Below, in pieces: positions 50,536 through 60,417 of a stretch of DNA of 64,000 bases. The stretch is from Longimicrobiales bacterium. GTDB taxonomy: Bacteria > Gemmatimonadota > Gemmatimonadetes > Longimicrobiales > Gaopeijiaceae. The stretch spans positions 992,001 through 1,056,000 of the forward strand of contig CBDCNQ010000004.1 in assembly GCA_965219445.1 (NCBI GenBank). The letters run 5' to 3'. The translations under genes were made by a program, and so were the position numbers. Within the stretch, counting starts at the first letter, position 1. The number at the start of each line of letters is the position of its first letter. Under the pieces are notes generated by a model. The model ran no database searches and was not told where the DNA came from. It worked only from the letters and a program-made list of their open reading frames with translations.

Positions 50536-51708
50536 ATGCCGACGCAGAATCTGACTGACCGACTCCTCCGGAGTATCTCCACCAAAGCCACGAAGCGCGC
50601 CGAATACCACGACCGGGCGCTTCCGGACTTTGGCGTGCGGGTAAGCGAGAGCGGACGCTGTTCCTACTTCGTACGCTACCGCACCCACCGGGGCGAGCGG
50701 CGCTGGAAGACCCTCGGGACGCATCCGATTCTGCCGCTGGCCGATGCCCGCAAGCTGGCCCGAGCGACGCTCGTGGAGGTAGCCAAGGGCCGCGACCCAG
50801 TCCTTGAGGAGCGTATGCGGCGTGAGGCGGAAACGGTCGAGGACTTCGCCCAGGTCTATTTGGACCGGTACGCGAAGATTGCCAAGCGGAGCTGGAAGGA
50901 GGACCATCGGCAGCTCAACCGAGACGTGCTTCCAATCATCGGACGTCTGCCGGTTGCTGAGGTTCGGCGGCAAGATCTGATTAGGATCATCGACCGCGTG
51001 GCCGACCGAGGGGCGGGCGTCCAGGCTAATCGGACGGCTGCTCTGCTTTCCAAGTTCTTCGCATTCGCGCGGGACCGCGGTCTGATTGAGTTATCCCCCG
51101 CGCAAGCTCTTCCCCGCGCCATACCGGAGACACCGCGCGACCGCGTACTCGGTGCCGACGAAATCCGGAAGGTGTGGGGTGCCCTGGAACCTGAACGGCC
51201 AAGTGTGGCTTCCTCCCTTCGCCTTGTACTCCTCACCGCCCAGAGGCCGGGCGAAGTGCTTGGAATGCGACGCGGCGACCTCGACGGCATGTGGTGGACG
51301 CTACGCTCAAGCGCGACCAAGTCCGGGCGTACGCACCGAGTTCCGATTTCGCCGGTCGCCCAAGAGGTACTGGACGTTGCCCTGTCCGCCTCGGCGGAAA
51401 AGCAGCCGGCCATCTACGTGTTCCCCAGCCCGCGTGGCAGTGGCCCGGTCCGGTGGCTGTCCCACGCCAGCGCCCGGGTACGCAAGCGGATCCCCGACGT
51501 GCCGCACTGGACCCCGCACGATCTGAGACGCACGGCTGCGACGCATATGGCTCAACTCGGCGTCTCCCGGTTCATCATCGGCCGGATTTTGAATCATGTA
51601 GACCCGAGTGTTACGTCGGTCTACGAACGACACGACTACGCTGCGGAAAAGGCCCAAGCCCTTGGAGCTTGGGGTGAGCGCGTCGGAGAGATCCTTGCGG
51701 CTGACTAA
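50536..51708 (+). CDS. Tyrosine integrase (P4-like, with arm-binding domain)
   Basis: TAQRPGE, TKSG..H, PHDLRRT, LNH, VY catalytic residues. Confidence 0.93.
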   Translation: MPTQNLTDRLLRSISTKATKRAEYHDRALPDFGVRVSESGRCSYFVRYRTHRGERRWKTLGTHPILPLADARKLARATLVEVAKGRDPVLEERMRREAETVEDFAQVYLDRYAKIAKRSWKEDHRQLNRDVLPIIGRLPVAEVRRQDLIRIIDRVADRGAGVQANRTAALLSKFFAFARDRGLIELSPAQALPRAIPETPRDRVLGADEIRKVWGALEPERPSVASSLRLVLLTAQRPGEVLGMRRGDLDGMWWTLRSSATKSGRTHRVPISPVAQEVLDVALSASAEKQPAIYVFPSPRGSGPVRWLSHASARVRKRIPDVPHWTPHDLRRTAATHMAQLGVSRFIIGRILNHVDPSVTSVYERHDYAAEKAQALGAWGERVGEILAAD

Positions 51709-51751
51709 GGTGTTCGAGGCAGCGCAAGGCCAAATTGCGTAACCCGACGCA

Positions 51752-52380
51752 GTGGAGGCTGAATGGGAGGCCCGTGAGCCCGAGGTCAGCGGGGTTCGCC
51801 TTGAACTGGACCAGTCGGCGACCGCGGGATCCCTCAGGGTCCGGATCCTTTCTCACACCGTAGGTGGGCTGCGGCATTACGGGGCGGTGGTGACTCCGGA
51901 AGGTGCTGAGCTCGGCTCCCTTCCCGTTGTCCTCTTTACTCACGGTGAGGATGACGGGGTGGCGGTCGAGCTGACGTTTCTGCTGACTCCCATCCTTCAG
52001 GCCCAGGGTCTGAGCGTGCCTTCGTCGTACCGTCCTATCGGTCGGAACCCCTCCGACTCGGGAACCAGGTGTTCCCGTCCGAGGGTCCCGCCAGTCCCTG
52101 GGACTGGGACGTCGACGATACCATGTCCCTTCTCTCTGTCGCGTTCGAGCACGTGCCGGAACTGGATGAGGAGAGGGTAGCGATCCTGGAGTCCAGTCGG
52201 GGAGGCGCGGTAGCTCTCCTCGCCGCCGTGCGCGATCGGAGGATCGATGCCGTCGTCGAGTTCTTCGGCCCGACCGACTTTTTCGGTGAGTATGCACATG
52301 AGATCTTCGAGGAGGCGCTCGAAGGCGAGCTCCGCAATCTTCCCGGTCTCGAGTACTTCAACGAGACCGTCATCCGGCCC
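51752..52380 (+). pseudogene. Alpha/beta-hydrolase (S9-like) fragment, frameshifted
   Basis: LPVVLFTHG, 'RVAILESSRGGAVALL' degenerate GxSxGG, 'FGPTDF'. Confidence 0.65.
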
Positions 52381-52490
52381 GGTCGCACACGTCCCCGGTT
52401 CCCCACGGCCCTGGGCTGTCCATCCGGTCCCCGGTGCTACCTCCGTCCGTTAGAGACTCTCACTCCAGACGCAGGGCATGCCTGGCACAC
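52380..52490 (-). mobile_element. 5' remnant (~110 nt) of a group IIC intron
   Basis: GTGTGCCAGGCATG...CTGGAGTGAGAGTCTC..ACGGACGGAGGTAGCACCG, near-identical to the 5' end of 55471-56154; left boundary approximate. Confidence 0.8.
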
Positions 52491-52533
52491 CAACTAGGAG
52501 GGCCCGACCTTGCGGCCGGGCCCTCCTAGTTGG
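52490..52533 (-). terminator. Terminator hairpin of the truncated surface-protein paralog
   Basis: CCAACTAGGAGGGCCC...GGGCCCTCCTAGTTGG. Confidence 0.75.
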
Positions 52534-52561
52534 GACTGTACAGTTCAGTTAGAGATCACTT

Positions 52562-53010
52562 TTAAATCACGACCGAAACTGCCGGCGCGGACAGGGCTGC
52601 GCCCTTGTTGTCCTTCACGCCGAAGGCAACGATATGCCCATCGTACTCACCCTTGCTACCCACCGCATCCGCGAGCGCGGACTCGCTGATGGTCATCGCG
52701 TAGATCTACTTGCGCGAGTCGTTATCAGTGGTAGCATCATCGGTATCGAGATTGGCGTCGAAGTCTTGCGCACCGGCCGCAGAGCCATCCACTGAGCCGA
52801 TGTACTTGAGCACTGTCTCGTCGGTGTCATCATCACCATCGATGTCGAACGTCCCGGTGGTAGCGTAGAAGTCGATACGCGTTAGAGGGTTATCCCTGAG
52901 GCCCTCGCGGCCAACCACTTCCTCAACTTCTTCGACCGTTTCGTCAACATCCGTGGTTTGGGGGTCGTCTTCTACTGCGGTTACCCCCACAACCGGCATC
53001 ACAAAGAAGC
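52562..53010 (-). pseudogene. C-terminal fragment of a paralog of the 56232-59231 surface lipoprotein
   Basis: EGLRDNPLTRIDFYA..LKYIGSVDG..AG..HIVAFGV vs EGLASNPVSRVDFYA..LKLIASVNG..AG..YIIAVAV; in-frame TAG at 52706. Confidence 0.8.
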
Positions 53011-53519
53011 GAGGTTGGGTCAATAGGTGTGTAAACGTATCAGGCGGCGTTTTTCCGCTGTTGGGTTGAGACGGGCTTTCCGTCTTCGAACTTCCTTCCT
53101 TCAAACACGTCCTTGAGGAGGTGAGGAGCGTCGAGCCTTCGGAACCGCTTCTCGGCCACCAAGAGCAACTTCCAGATCAGCGCCGTAGCGCTCTCCACCC
53201 GCTTGAATCGCTTCACCGCCGTCGTCCTGAGCCGTAGCGCAGCGAACGGGCTCTCGACCACGTTCGTCGTGCCTAGATGCTTCCAGTGATCCTCGGGGAA
53301 GTCGTAGAACGCCACCATCCGCTCCCAGTCGTCCTCGAGTACGTCCACCGCCTTCGGATACCACGGTCTGTAGCGCCTGGCGAACACTTCGCGGGCCTTC
53401 ACAGCCTCGGCCCGGCTCGGTGCGTAGACCACGGCCCTGAGAAGATCCTTCGCCTCGCTCTGCTCCCGCTGCGGCAGCCGGTCCAGCACGTTCCTCATCT
53501 TGTGGTTCCAGCACCGTTG
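53011..53519 (-). mobile_element. IS256-family 3' fragment with terminal IR
   Basis: QRCWNHK, TTNVVES motifs; end GAGGTTGGGTCAATAGGTGTGTAA. Confidence 0.85.
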
Positions 53520-53526
53520 ACCTGAC

Positions 53527-54228
53527 TGACCTGCCCCCAAGAGCGGTACCACATCCTATGTTAGTCCCAGCACCTGTGGAGGGCCGTTAAGGACGGGCAT
53601 CCTCAGGAACCAGGGCGACGGCTTAATCGCCTCAGGGGCCGGGGGAAAGCCGCCGCAGGCGCTGTGGGGTCGGATGGTATTGTACTCGCGCCTCCATTGC
53701 TCGACCAGCACGGCCGCCTGCGCCAACGAATAGAAGATCTCCCCGTTCAACAGCTCGTCCCTGAGCTTGCCGTTGAAGCTCTCGTTGTAGCCGTTCTCCC
53801 ACGGGCTGCCCGGCTCGATAAAGAGCGTCTCGGCGCCCACGCGCCCCAACCACCGCCGCACGAACTTCGCGGTGAACTCCGGTCTCCGGTCCGTTGTCCG
53901 ACCTCAGATACTCGGGAGGCCCGTGTCGGACGAACAGATCGGCCAGCACCTCGAGCACGTCGTGCGAGCGGATCTTGCGAGCCACCACGATCGCCAGGCA
54001 CTCCCTCGTGTGCTCGTCCAGCACTGTCAGCAGCTTCAGCGCACGCCCGTCGTGCGTCCTCGAGGCCACGAAGTCGTACGACCAGACGTGGCCCCGATAC
54101 AGCGGCCTCAGCCGGATGCACGATCCGTCGTTGAGCCACAGCCGACCTCGCTTCGGCTGCCGCTCCGGCACCTTCAGCCCCTCCTGCCTCCAGATCCGCT
54201 CCACCCGCTTGTGGTTCACCGGCGATTG
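53527..54228 (-). mobile_element. IS3-family orfB fragment (frameshifted, 5'-truncated) with IR
   Basis: NHKRVERIW, WSYDF, SDNGPE, PGSPWENGYNESFN, YN..RPH; IR TGACCTGCCCCCAAGAG. Confidence 0.88.
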
Positions 54229-54245
54229 ACCGGTAGCATTTTCGA

Positions 54246-55256
54246 TCACATATCCGGTGCGATCGTCTCGCCGTTCCAGTTCTCTGGGAACGGCTGGTAC
54301 TCGGTAAACGGGTAGGTGCGCTGGTGCAGTGGACGTCCGCCATCCCGGATAGGCATGGCAGCAGGAGTGGTGCAGCATTCGATGAAGTCCCAGATAGCGT
54401 CTACACGCATACCGAAATTTAGGCTACCCACGCCAATACGCACGAGATCTCCATCGGTATCGGTTACCCTGGCTTCTATGCCCGCATAGTTAATGGCGAT
54501 TACCCATCCGTATTGGTCGAACACCGGGCTGCCGCTAGTGCCTCCCGTGGTATTGAAGTTGTATTGCACCTCGACATATTCGGCGTCCCCTGACCCTTGG
54601 ATCCTGAGGGCGCTGATAGTGCCATCCTTGAATGTGGCGTTGACCGTGTTATCAGCATCTCCTCCCGTGAACTGCAGCTCACCGGGGAATCCCAAAGTCG
54701 CTACGGGCTGCCCTATACGGAGGCCATCCACCTGTTCACGAGGAATGAGTGACAGGACCTCTTCTTCTCCGGATAGATTGTCATCGAGGAAGAATACCCC
54801 GACATCGGGAGTGTCACCGACGGCCTCTGTAGAGTCATAGGCAGGATGGATTAAACCTGGATCAGGTATCACGTACGCGTCCTGACCCCCGAGCATGCTA
54901 CCCGACCTAAAGGCAACGCCCTCTGGGTTTCTGTCGGACAAAATGTCAAGTCGCTCCTCCAGCCCCTGTACGACATGGGCATTGGTCCAGAGGGCATTGG
55001 GGTACTCGGCATTGAATCCGGTGCCGATCACCGATAGGCGACGCGATCCACTAGGGTGATCGAACAATACTCCTATACCAAACACGCCAGCCTCGAGGTT
55101 CTCACTCTCAACAACCTCACCCCAGTCAAACGGCTCGCCCGTCTCTCCTTGGGGCCCCTGTGGCCCCCCTGGCCCCTGTGGACCCGTAGGTCCGATCGGA
55201 CCCTCGCAACTGACCGTGAGTAGTGCTACTAAGACAAAGAGGGCTACGCGGGGCAT
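54246..55256 (-). CDS. Lipoprotein: collagen-like Gly-X-Y linker + trypsin-like serine protease
   Basis: Lipobox TVSC, GPIGPTGPQGPGGPQGPQGETGE, TNAHVV, PDVG, GTSGSP. Confidence 0.85.
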   Translation of the reverse strand: MPRVALFVLVALLTVSCEGPIGPTGPQGPGGPQGPQGETGEPFDWGEVVESENLEAGVFGIGVLFDHPSGSRRLSVIGTGFNAEYPNALWTNAHVVQGLEERLDILSDRNPEGVAFRSGSMLGGQDAYVIPDPGLIHPAYDSTEAVGDTPDVGVFFLDDNLSGEEEVLSLIPREQVDGLRIGQPVATLGFPGELQFTGGDADNTVNATFKDGTISALRIQGSGDAEYVEVQYNFNTTGGTSGSPVFDQYGWVIAINYAGIEARVTDTDGDLVRIGVGSLNFGMRVDAIWDFIECCTTPAAMPIRDGGRPLHQRTYPFTEYQPFPENWNGETIAPDM

Positions 55257-55310
55257 CGTCAATCTCCTAAACGTCGATCACAAAGGCGGCGGGGCATTCG
55301 TCAGCGGAAT

Positions 55311-55337
55311 TGACCTGCCCCCAAGAGTGGTACCACA
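55311..55337. repeat. Solo IS3-type terminal repeat
   Basis: 26/27 identical to 53527-53553, same orientation. Confidence 0.8.
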
Positions 55338-55470
55338 GACCCGGGTCGACCTCGAGCAGATGATCAGAATCATCTCGGTGCTGTTCTACGGGTTTCGACT
55401 GGGCGGCCGGGACGACCTGGACGAGATCGCGGCCGCGATCGCTGCGGTGGTGTTGGAACTCCCGCCTGAA

Positions 55471-56154
55471 ATCGGATAGGAGGGGGACTCGCGCCCCCCC
55501 GTCCCCCCACACCACCGGATGTACGGGTCTCGTATCCGGCGGTTCCCCTCAGCTTTGTAGCGCCAAGTACCTCAGCGCCAGGGCTCGATTCCCCTCCGAC
55601 GCCGACAGCGCTTGCCGCTCCCCTGTGGGCGCAAATCGGCTTCCGGCCTCTCCGCCTCCCAAGGGGCGCACCGCGGCCCTCTCCCCGAACAGCGAGAGCT
55701 GGTCCGTCATGCCTTCCCGCGGCTCCGCGACCACCGAGTCATCCGGGTCTGCTCCCTACACCAAGAAGTTCAGCCCTTCCCAGCACGTACCGCGCCGGTA
55801 CTTTGGCGTCTGCTGCCTCCTCCGTGCCTATCCATCGTCATCGCTGACGCTGTAGTCCGGATCAACCGGACAGGCCCAGAGGCCTCCCAGGGTAAGCCCT
55901 GTCTCTTTCCCGCAGTCCCCGCCGGATTTACCCCCGCCGCGTCCGGGTAGCTTTCGGGCGTCACCGTCCGATGCCGCCTCACCCCGCGGTCATGGGCCTT
56001 GTATCCGATTCCTGTTCGTCGGGGCCGCGTTTCGCCTCCGGCTTCCTTCAGATCCTGCCTCACGACGGGTACCCTTGCCCTCGGCTATCCGGTTCGGTGC
56101 TACCTCCGTCCGTTGGAGACTCTCACTCCAGACACAGGCCATCACCTGGCACGC
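55471..56154 (-). mobile_element. ORF-deleted (non-autonomous) group IIC intron, 684 nt
   Basis: 5' GCGTGCCAGG; DI motif ACGAACAGGAATCGGATAC shared with the 42448 intron; DV GAACCGCCGGATACGAGACCCGTACATCCGGTGGTGT; 3' CCTATCCGAT; only ~60-codon ORF in DIV. Confidence 0.88.
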
Positions 56155-56191
56155 CAAAAGGAAGGGCCCGGCCATGTGGCCGGACCCTTCC
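56155..56191 (-). terminator. Rho-independent terminator of the surface lipoprotein gene
   Basis: GGAAGGGTCCGGCCA-CA-TGGCCGGGCCCTTCC followed by TTTT on the minus strand. Confidence 0.85.
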
Positions 56192-56231
56192 AAGTCCCCT
56201 CAGGAGAAACTTCCTCTAGCGACTGACTCTG

Positions 56232-59231
56232 CTACTCTTCAACCGTGATTTGGAACGGTTCCGAATACACGCCTACGCCAGCGCTATTCACAGCCACGGC
56301 AATGATATAACCAGTCGTGAAATCACCGCTCCCCCCAACAGCTTCCAGGAAGGCGTCCGTGCTGATGTCGATGCCGTAGACGTATGTGCGCACACCAGCA
56401 TCGTCTGCCGAACCGGCAGTATTACCATTCACCGAAGCGATGAGCTTGAGTGCATCCGAGCCAACACCATAGGCGACCGGAGGTATCCTGTCGGCGGCAC
56501 CCTCGGCGCTACTGACCTTTCTTAAAGCGACCGCAGCGTAGAAGTCCACGCGCGACACCGGGTTACTCGCAAGCCCTTCCACGCCCGGCACCTCGGCGGC
56601 AAACTCGATGTTGTTGGCGTCATCCGCCTCGACTGCTTCGACTGCCTTCGAGAACGCATTCGTTCCTGCAAGCTCTGCCCTGAGCTCGACCACGCCGTCA
56701 TCTTCTACGGTCTCGTCGACCGTGAAGGTTTGGAAGACCTTGTCGTAGGCGGGGGCATCGTCCATTTCCTGATCCTCAAAGGAAATGTTTGTGGCAGCGG
56801 TCCGAATAAGGAACCCGTCGTTGTCAAGAGCAAGAGGACCTAGGGCACCTTCGGCCAGCTCGTTGCTGCTTCCAGCCTGGTCAACGGCGACAACCCCTAT
56901 CGACAGGAGTTCCATAACGGTCGTCGGACTGGTGACACTATGCAGACCTCGGAGGATCTGCACCGTGAGGGGTGGTGATGTAAGGTGACTTTGTGTCAGA
57001 GCGGCGTTGTAGTCGTCGACCGCCACACCACCCTCTCTCGGCAGAACTAGGCCGCGATTACCAATCACAGCACCAGTACCAAGGTTGAGGTCCTGATTAT
57101 CCTCAGCAAACCTCATTTCCGCCCAGTACTTGGCGATCGAGAGATTGTCCGTCACGGTAACGGTGAGAGGGTAGGAGCCTTTGTCATAGGCGCCAACGAT
57201 CACGCCCACATTCGGGGGCTCGTTGTCATTAACGGCCGTTCTCACGCGCTGCTCAGAGCGATTGCCGGCCTTATCCCGCACCTCCGCCGTAAAGGTGTAG
57301 TAGCCGTCATCGGTGTCAGCAGCGACAAGGCCGCTCGTCGTAGCTAGAGGATCGTTGAAGTCAAGTCCCCCAGCGAGCTCGCACACTCCTGATACTGACT
57401 CCTCCCCAGCCGCGCCGCCCACGTCGGGGTCGTCGCCGCAAATCATCTTGCCATCCGTACCTCGGACTTCGACCTTCGCAAGCACGGGATCTGAGTGCAG
57501 ACCGGACTTGCCTGTGGACCCGCCTGCGTCCGCCACCTGCACCTGGAACTCTTTCAGACTGGTGCCATCTTCCCTCGCACTAGAGGCCGAGAATTCGATC
57601 GTCGGCGCTGTCACATCCAAACCGGCCCGGATACCTGCGGGTATGTCCCCCCGGGCATCGGCTATGTCATCATCGTTCTCAGCGTCCTCAGCCATCTTGA
57701 GCACATCAACAGCTGCCTGGTAAGCTGCGTCAGTCACGCAGGGCTTCCCGGCTGACGGCAGCTTCGACTCGTTACCGAGCAGGTCCACAGCAGTAGCGAT
57801 TACGCATGCGGCGTTCTTCTTCGTGGCCGCTGTGGGGAAGGCATTAGCAGTAGCCTCACGAGCGCCGTCGACAATAGACGGAGTGGTGGACGAGAACCTC
57901 AGCTGCGGAGCGTACCCACCGACACCCTCTTTGTCTTCGTTATAGACAAGCCACCCATCCTCATTTCTGCTTGAGTGATACTTGTCCAGGAAGTCCACGT
58001 CCCGGTTGACCCAGCCATCCTCACGATCGTTGGGGTTGACTTTGAAGTACGGTGCGTCTGGGCCTTCATAATCCAGGTAAAGCGGGAACACGTCATCGTT
58101 CAGAATATCTACCTCTGCATCCGCAATGACGAATACAGGGGAGTCTCCGGCCGGGTCAGTAACGACTTCATCAATTACAGTCGCAGCCGTGTTGCTTGTT
58201 GCATCGCATTCCGGAGTAAACGTGACTGAAGTTTCGGAAGTTTCGGTGGCAGCATCGGCGCCACAGAATGCGAGAAGCGTCACCGAAACCGAAGCAGCGC
58301 TGCCCCCCGAGTACAGGATCGGCAAAGCGGTCATCTCAAGCGCGGCCTCCGGGCCACCGTACCACCTCTGGCCCGTCTCCGAGTTCATCGCGCCTTCACC
58401 GAGACCACTCACGGTCACCTGCACGCCATCGTCATTGCCGAATTCGCGAGGATGGGATCCCGACTCGATGGGCTCGTCACTACTCGCAACCATGAGCTTT
58501 GCCGAGATCATGCGCTCACCGTTCATGTAGGTCGGCTCACCTGTGACCTCATCGTACTCGGCCGAATTAAACGACAGGACGAAGGGGTGTACGGCCTGCT
58601 GCGCCGCCCGTTCGCCATCCTCGCCCTCCGGGGCCGCCGCCACCACCGAGGCACCGTCAAAAGACCGGATTTCGGCCACAACCCCGTCCACGAGCACGGA
58701 CAACTTCCTGAGCATCTGGTCGCCGAGCTCGACACTGAGCGTGACGCTTACCCTGCGGCTCAGGACCTCGTCGTCCTCGTCGTCCTTGTCACTGTTCTTG
58801 ATCGAGGCAATGAACAGCAAGGCACGCTCAGCCATGTCCTCGAGTATCGTGAGCCCAGCGGCCGTGTTGACGGTCGCGCCACCCTTCGTCACGGCGGCGG
58901 TAATCGTCACTCCGCCTGCCGCGACAGCCGTTGCCGCGCAGCCCGCTGAGGTCATAATCACTGTCGCCTTGCTCGGATCCGACGAGGCACAGGTCCAGCT
59001 AGCCGCCTCGCCCGCCACCCCACCCGATACGCTGACGGCGAAGACAACGGTACCTCCCACCCCGATCGTTTGTGAAGCAGGAGCCATCGTGACCACGACC
59101 GGCGGCGGCGGCGGCGTCGGCGGCACCGGCGGCGCGACCGGCGCGACCGGGTCGTCATCGTCACCACAACTGGCCACGCCTATAGTGAGCGCGAGTAATG
59201 CGACACCTGCGAACCGAACAAACTTCTTCAT
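56232..59231 (-). CDS. Large acidic surface lipoprotein with Ig-like domains (adhesin/S-layer-like)
   Basis: Lipobox VASC, Pro-rich linker, Big_2-like 'WTCASSDPSKATV', Ig ends 'AVDLLGN', 'VRDKAGN', 'AVDQAG'. Confidence 0.8.
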   Translation of the reverse strand: MKKFVRFAGVALLALTIGVASCGDDDDPVAPVAPPVPPTPPPPPVVVTMAPASQTIGVGGTVVFAVSVSGGVAGEAASWTCASSDPSKATVIMTSAGCAATAVAAGGVTITAAVTKGGATVNTAAGLTILEDMAERALLFIASIKNSDKDDEDDEVLSRRVSVTLSVELGDQMLRKLSVLVDGVVAEIRSFDGASVVAAAPEGEDGERAAQQAVHPFVLSFNSAEYDEVTGEPTYMNGERMISAKLMVASSDEPIESGSHPREFGNDDGVQVTVSGLGEGAMNSETGQRWYGGPEAALEMTALPILYSGGSAASVSVTLLAFCGADAATETSETSVTFTPECDATSNTAATVIDEVVTDPAGDSPVFVIADAEVDILNDDVFPLYLDYEGPDAPYFKVNPNDREDGWVNRDVDFLDKYHSSRNEDGWLVYNEDKEGVGGYAPQLRFSSTTPSIVDGAREATANAFPTAATKKNAACVIATAVDLLGNESKLPSAGKPCVTDAAYQAAVDVLKMAEDAENDDDIADARGDIPAGIRAGLDVTAPTIEFSASSAREDGTSLKEFQVQVADAGGSTGKSGLHSDPVLAKVEVRGTDGKMICGDDPDVGGAAGEESVSGVCELAGGLDFNDPLATTSGLVAADTDDGYYTFTAEVRDKAGNRSEQRVRTAVNDNEPPNVGVIVGAYDKGSYPLTVTVTDNLSIAKYWAEMRFAEDNQDLNLGTGAVIGNRGLVLPREGGVAVDDYNAALTQSHLTSPPLTVQILRGLHSVTSPTTVMELLSIGVVAVDQAGSSNELAEGALGPLALDNDGFLIRTAATNISFEDQEMDDAPAYDKVFQTFTVDETVEDDGVVELRAELAGTNAFSKAVEAVEADDANNIEFAAEVPGVEGLASNPVSRVDFYAAVALRKVSSAEGAADRIPPVAYGVGSDALKLIASVNGNTAGSADDAGVRTYVYGIDISTDAFLEAVGGSGDFTTGYIIAVAVNSAGVGVYSEPFQITVEE

Positions 59232-59325
59232 GGCCCTTCTCCCTATCTGGATGAAAAACGCGCTCGACACGAGATCTAAAATGCGCTCGACCCTCTTTCT
59301 TTTCAAGGGTGCGTGATGGCACAGC

Positions 59326-59881
59326 TTACCGCCAACACCCGGAAGTGCGCAAGAGGCGAGGGGGAGCGGGAAACCAGCCGCCAGGGTCGGAGGCTTTTTT
59401 CGGGAACACCTTTCGCCATGTGACGGGGCCGGGCAGCTCGGCCCATTTCACGTCGGATCCCATCTCTTCATGCCATGAAACCTGTTTCCATTCATGCCAT
59501 GAAACCTGTTTCCATCGGCTCCACTGTGCCGTTACTGTGCCCAGATTGATCCTTTCCTTATACAGCTCCTTATACAGCGGCGTCCAAAACGTTGTGCCGA
59601 TCGACGGAGCCATCCGGCTTTCTCAAGCGGCTGATGATGTCCCAAACCCTGTGGGCGATCGTCCCGGGGGTAGGCTCTGTGACGTTATTCCGCGTGACTC
59701 TCACCCCCAGATTCCTCGCCCGGATCTCCTCACCCCTCTCAATCCTCTCCATCATCAGACGAACGAGCTCAGGATGGGAGTCCCCACCACAGAGGGTGAG
59801 CATTACCGCCAGCCACCGTTCAAACCGGAGCCCATCGTCGTCATCGCCTTGGATGGTGAGCTTGATGGGATCTCTTGCCAT
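59326..59881 (-). pseudogene. Small hypothetical gene broken near tandem duplications
   Basis: ORFs 59570-59881 and 59326-59613 overlap; 12-bp and 24-bp perfect duplications. Confidence 0.35.
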
Positions 59882-60417
59882 CAGAGTTTTAGAACCCCCC
59901 CGGGGGAGCAGGGGGGGACGCGACGGGCCCTGGGGGGGTGTAGAAGCGGCGTAGTGGTAGACGGTTGATTTTCACTGCTCCCTCACCCCGCGAATATCTC
60001 CAGTCAGGAACGCCGATCATAGGGCCATCGGCCCTCCGCAAGTCCCGCCCGAAGCATTCGACGTGACAGGGCGCTAGGTCGCCGCCGCCGGGGCAGCGGA
60101 TTTGGCTTGCCGTTCAACATGGGCTCGGCTCCGGGCTACGGCGAAGCCCCTAGCGGCTAGATAGGGGGCCAGTTCGGCGGTAGACCCGGGAGAAGCGGAC
60201 CTCCCCAAGATGCACCGCCAGCATAAGCCGAGCGGACCCGACCCCCCCAGGCAACCGGAAGACCCGGCCCGGCTCGCCGCAGCGACCTTCGGTCGCGCTT
60301 TCGACTCCCTCGGCTTGGGAGACATCACACACCCCTTTCTCGCTGGACCCCATCCTCGTTGCCAATCTACTGTCCAGTGAAATCAGGGGCGCTTCCGATT
60401 GGCACGGCTCCTGACCC

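Noticed and set aside
52706..52708. TAG read-through (pyrrolysine/recoding)
   Set aside because: Aligns with a Tyr in the paralog, in an IS-truncated gene; simple nonsense mutation is likelier
53870..53890. Programmed IS3 -1 frameshift
   Set aside because: Break lies inside the DDE domain, not at the orfA/orfB junction
59080..59160. GGC-rich repeat as a separate element
   Set aside because: Encodes the Pro-rich linker of the surface lipoprotein
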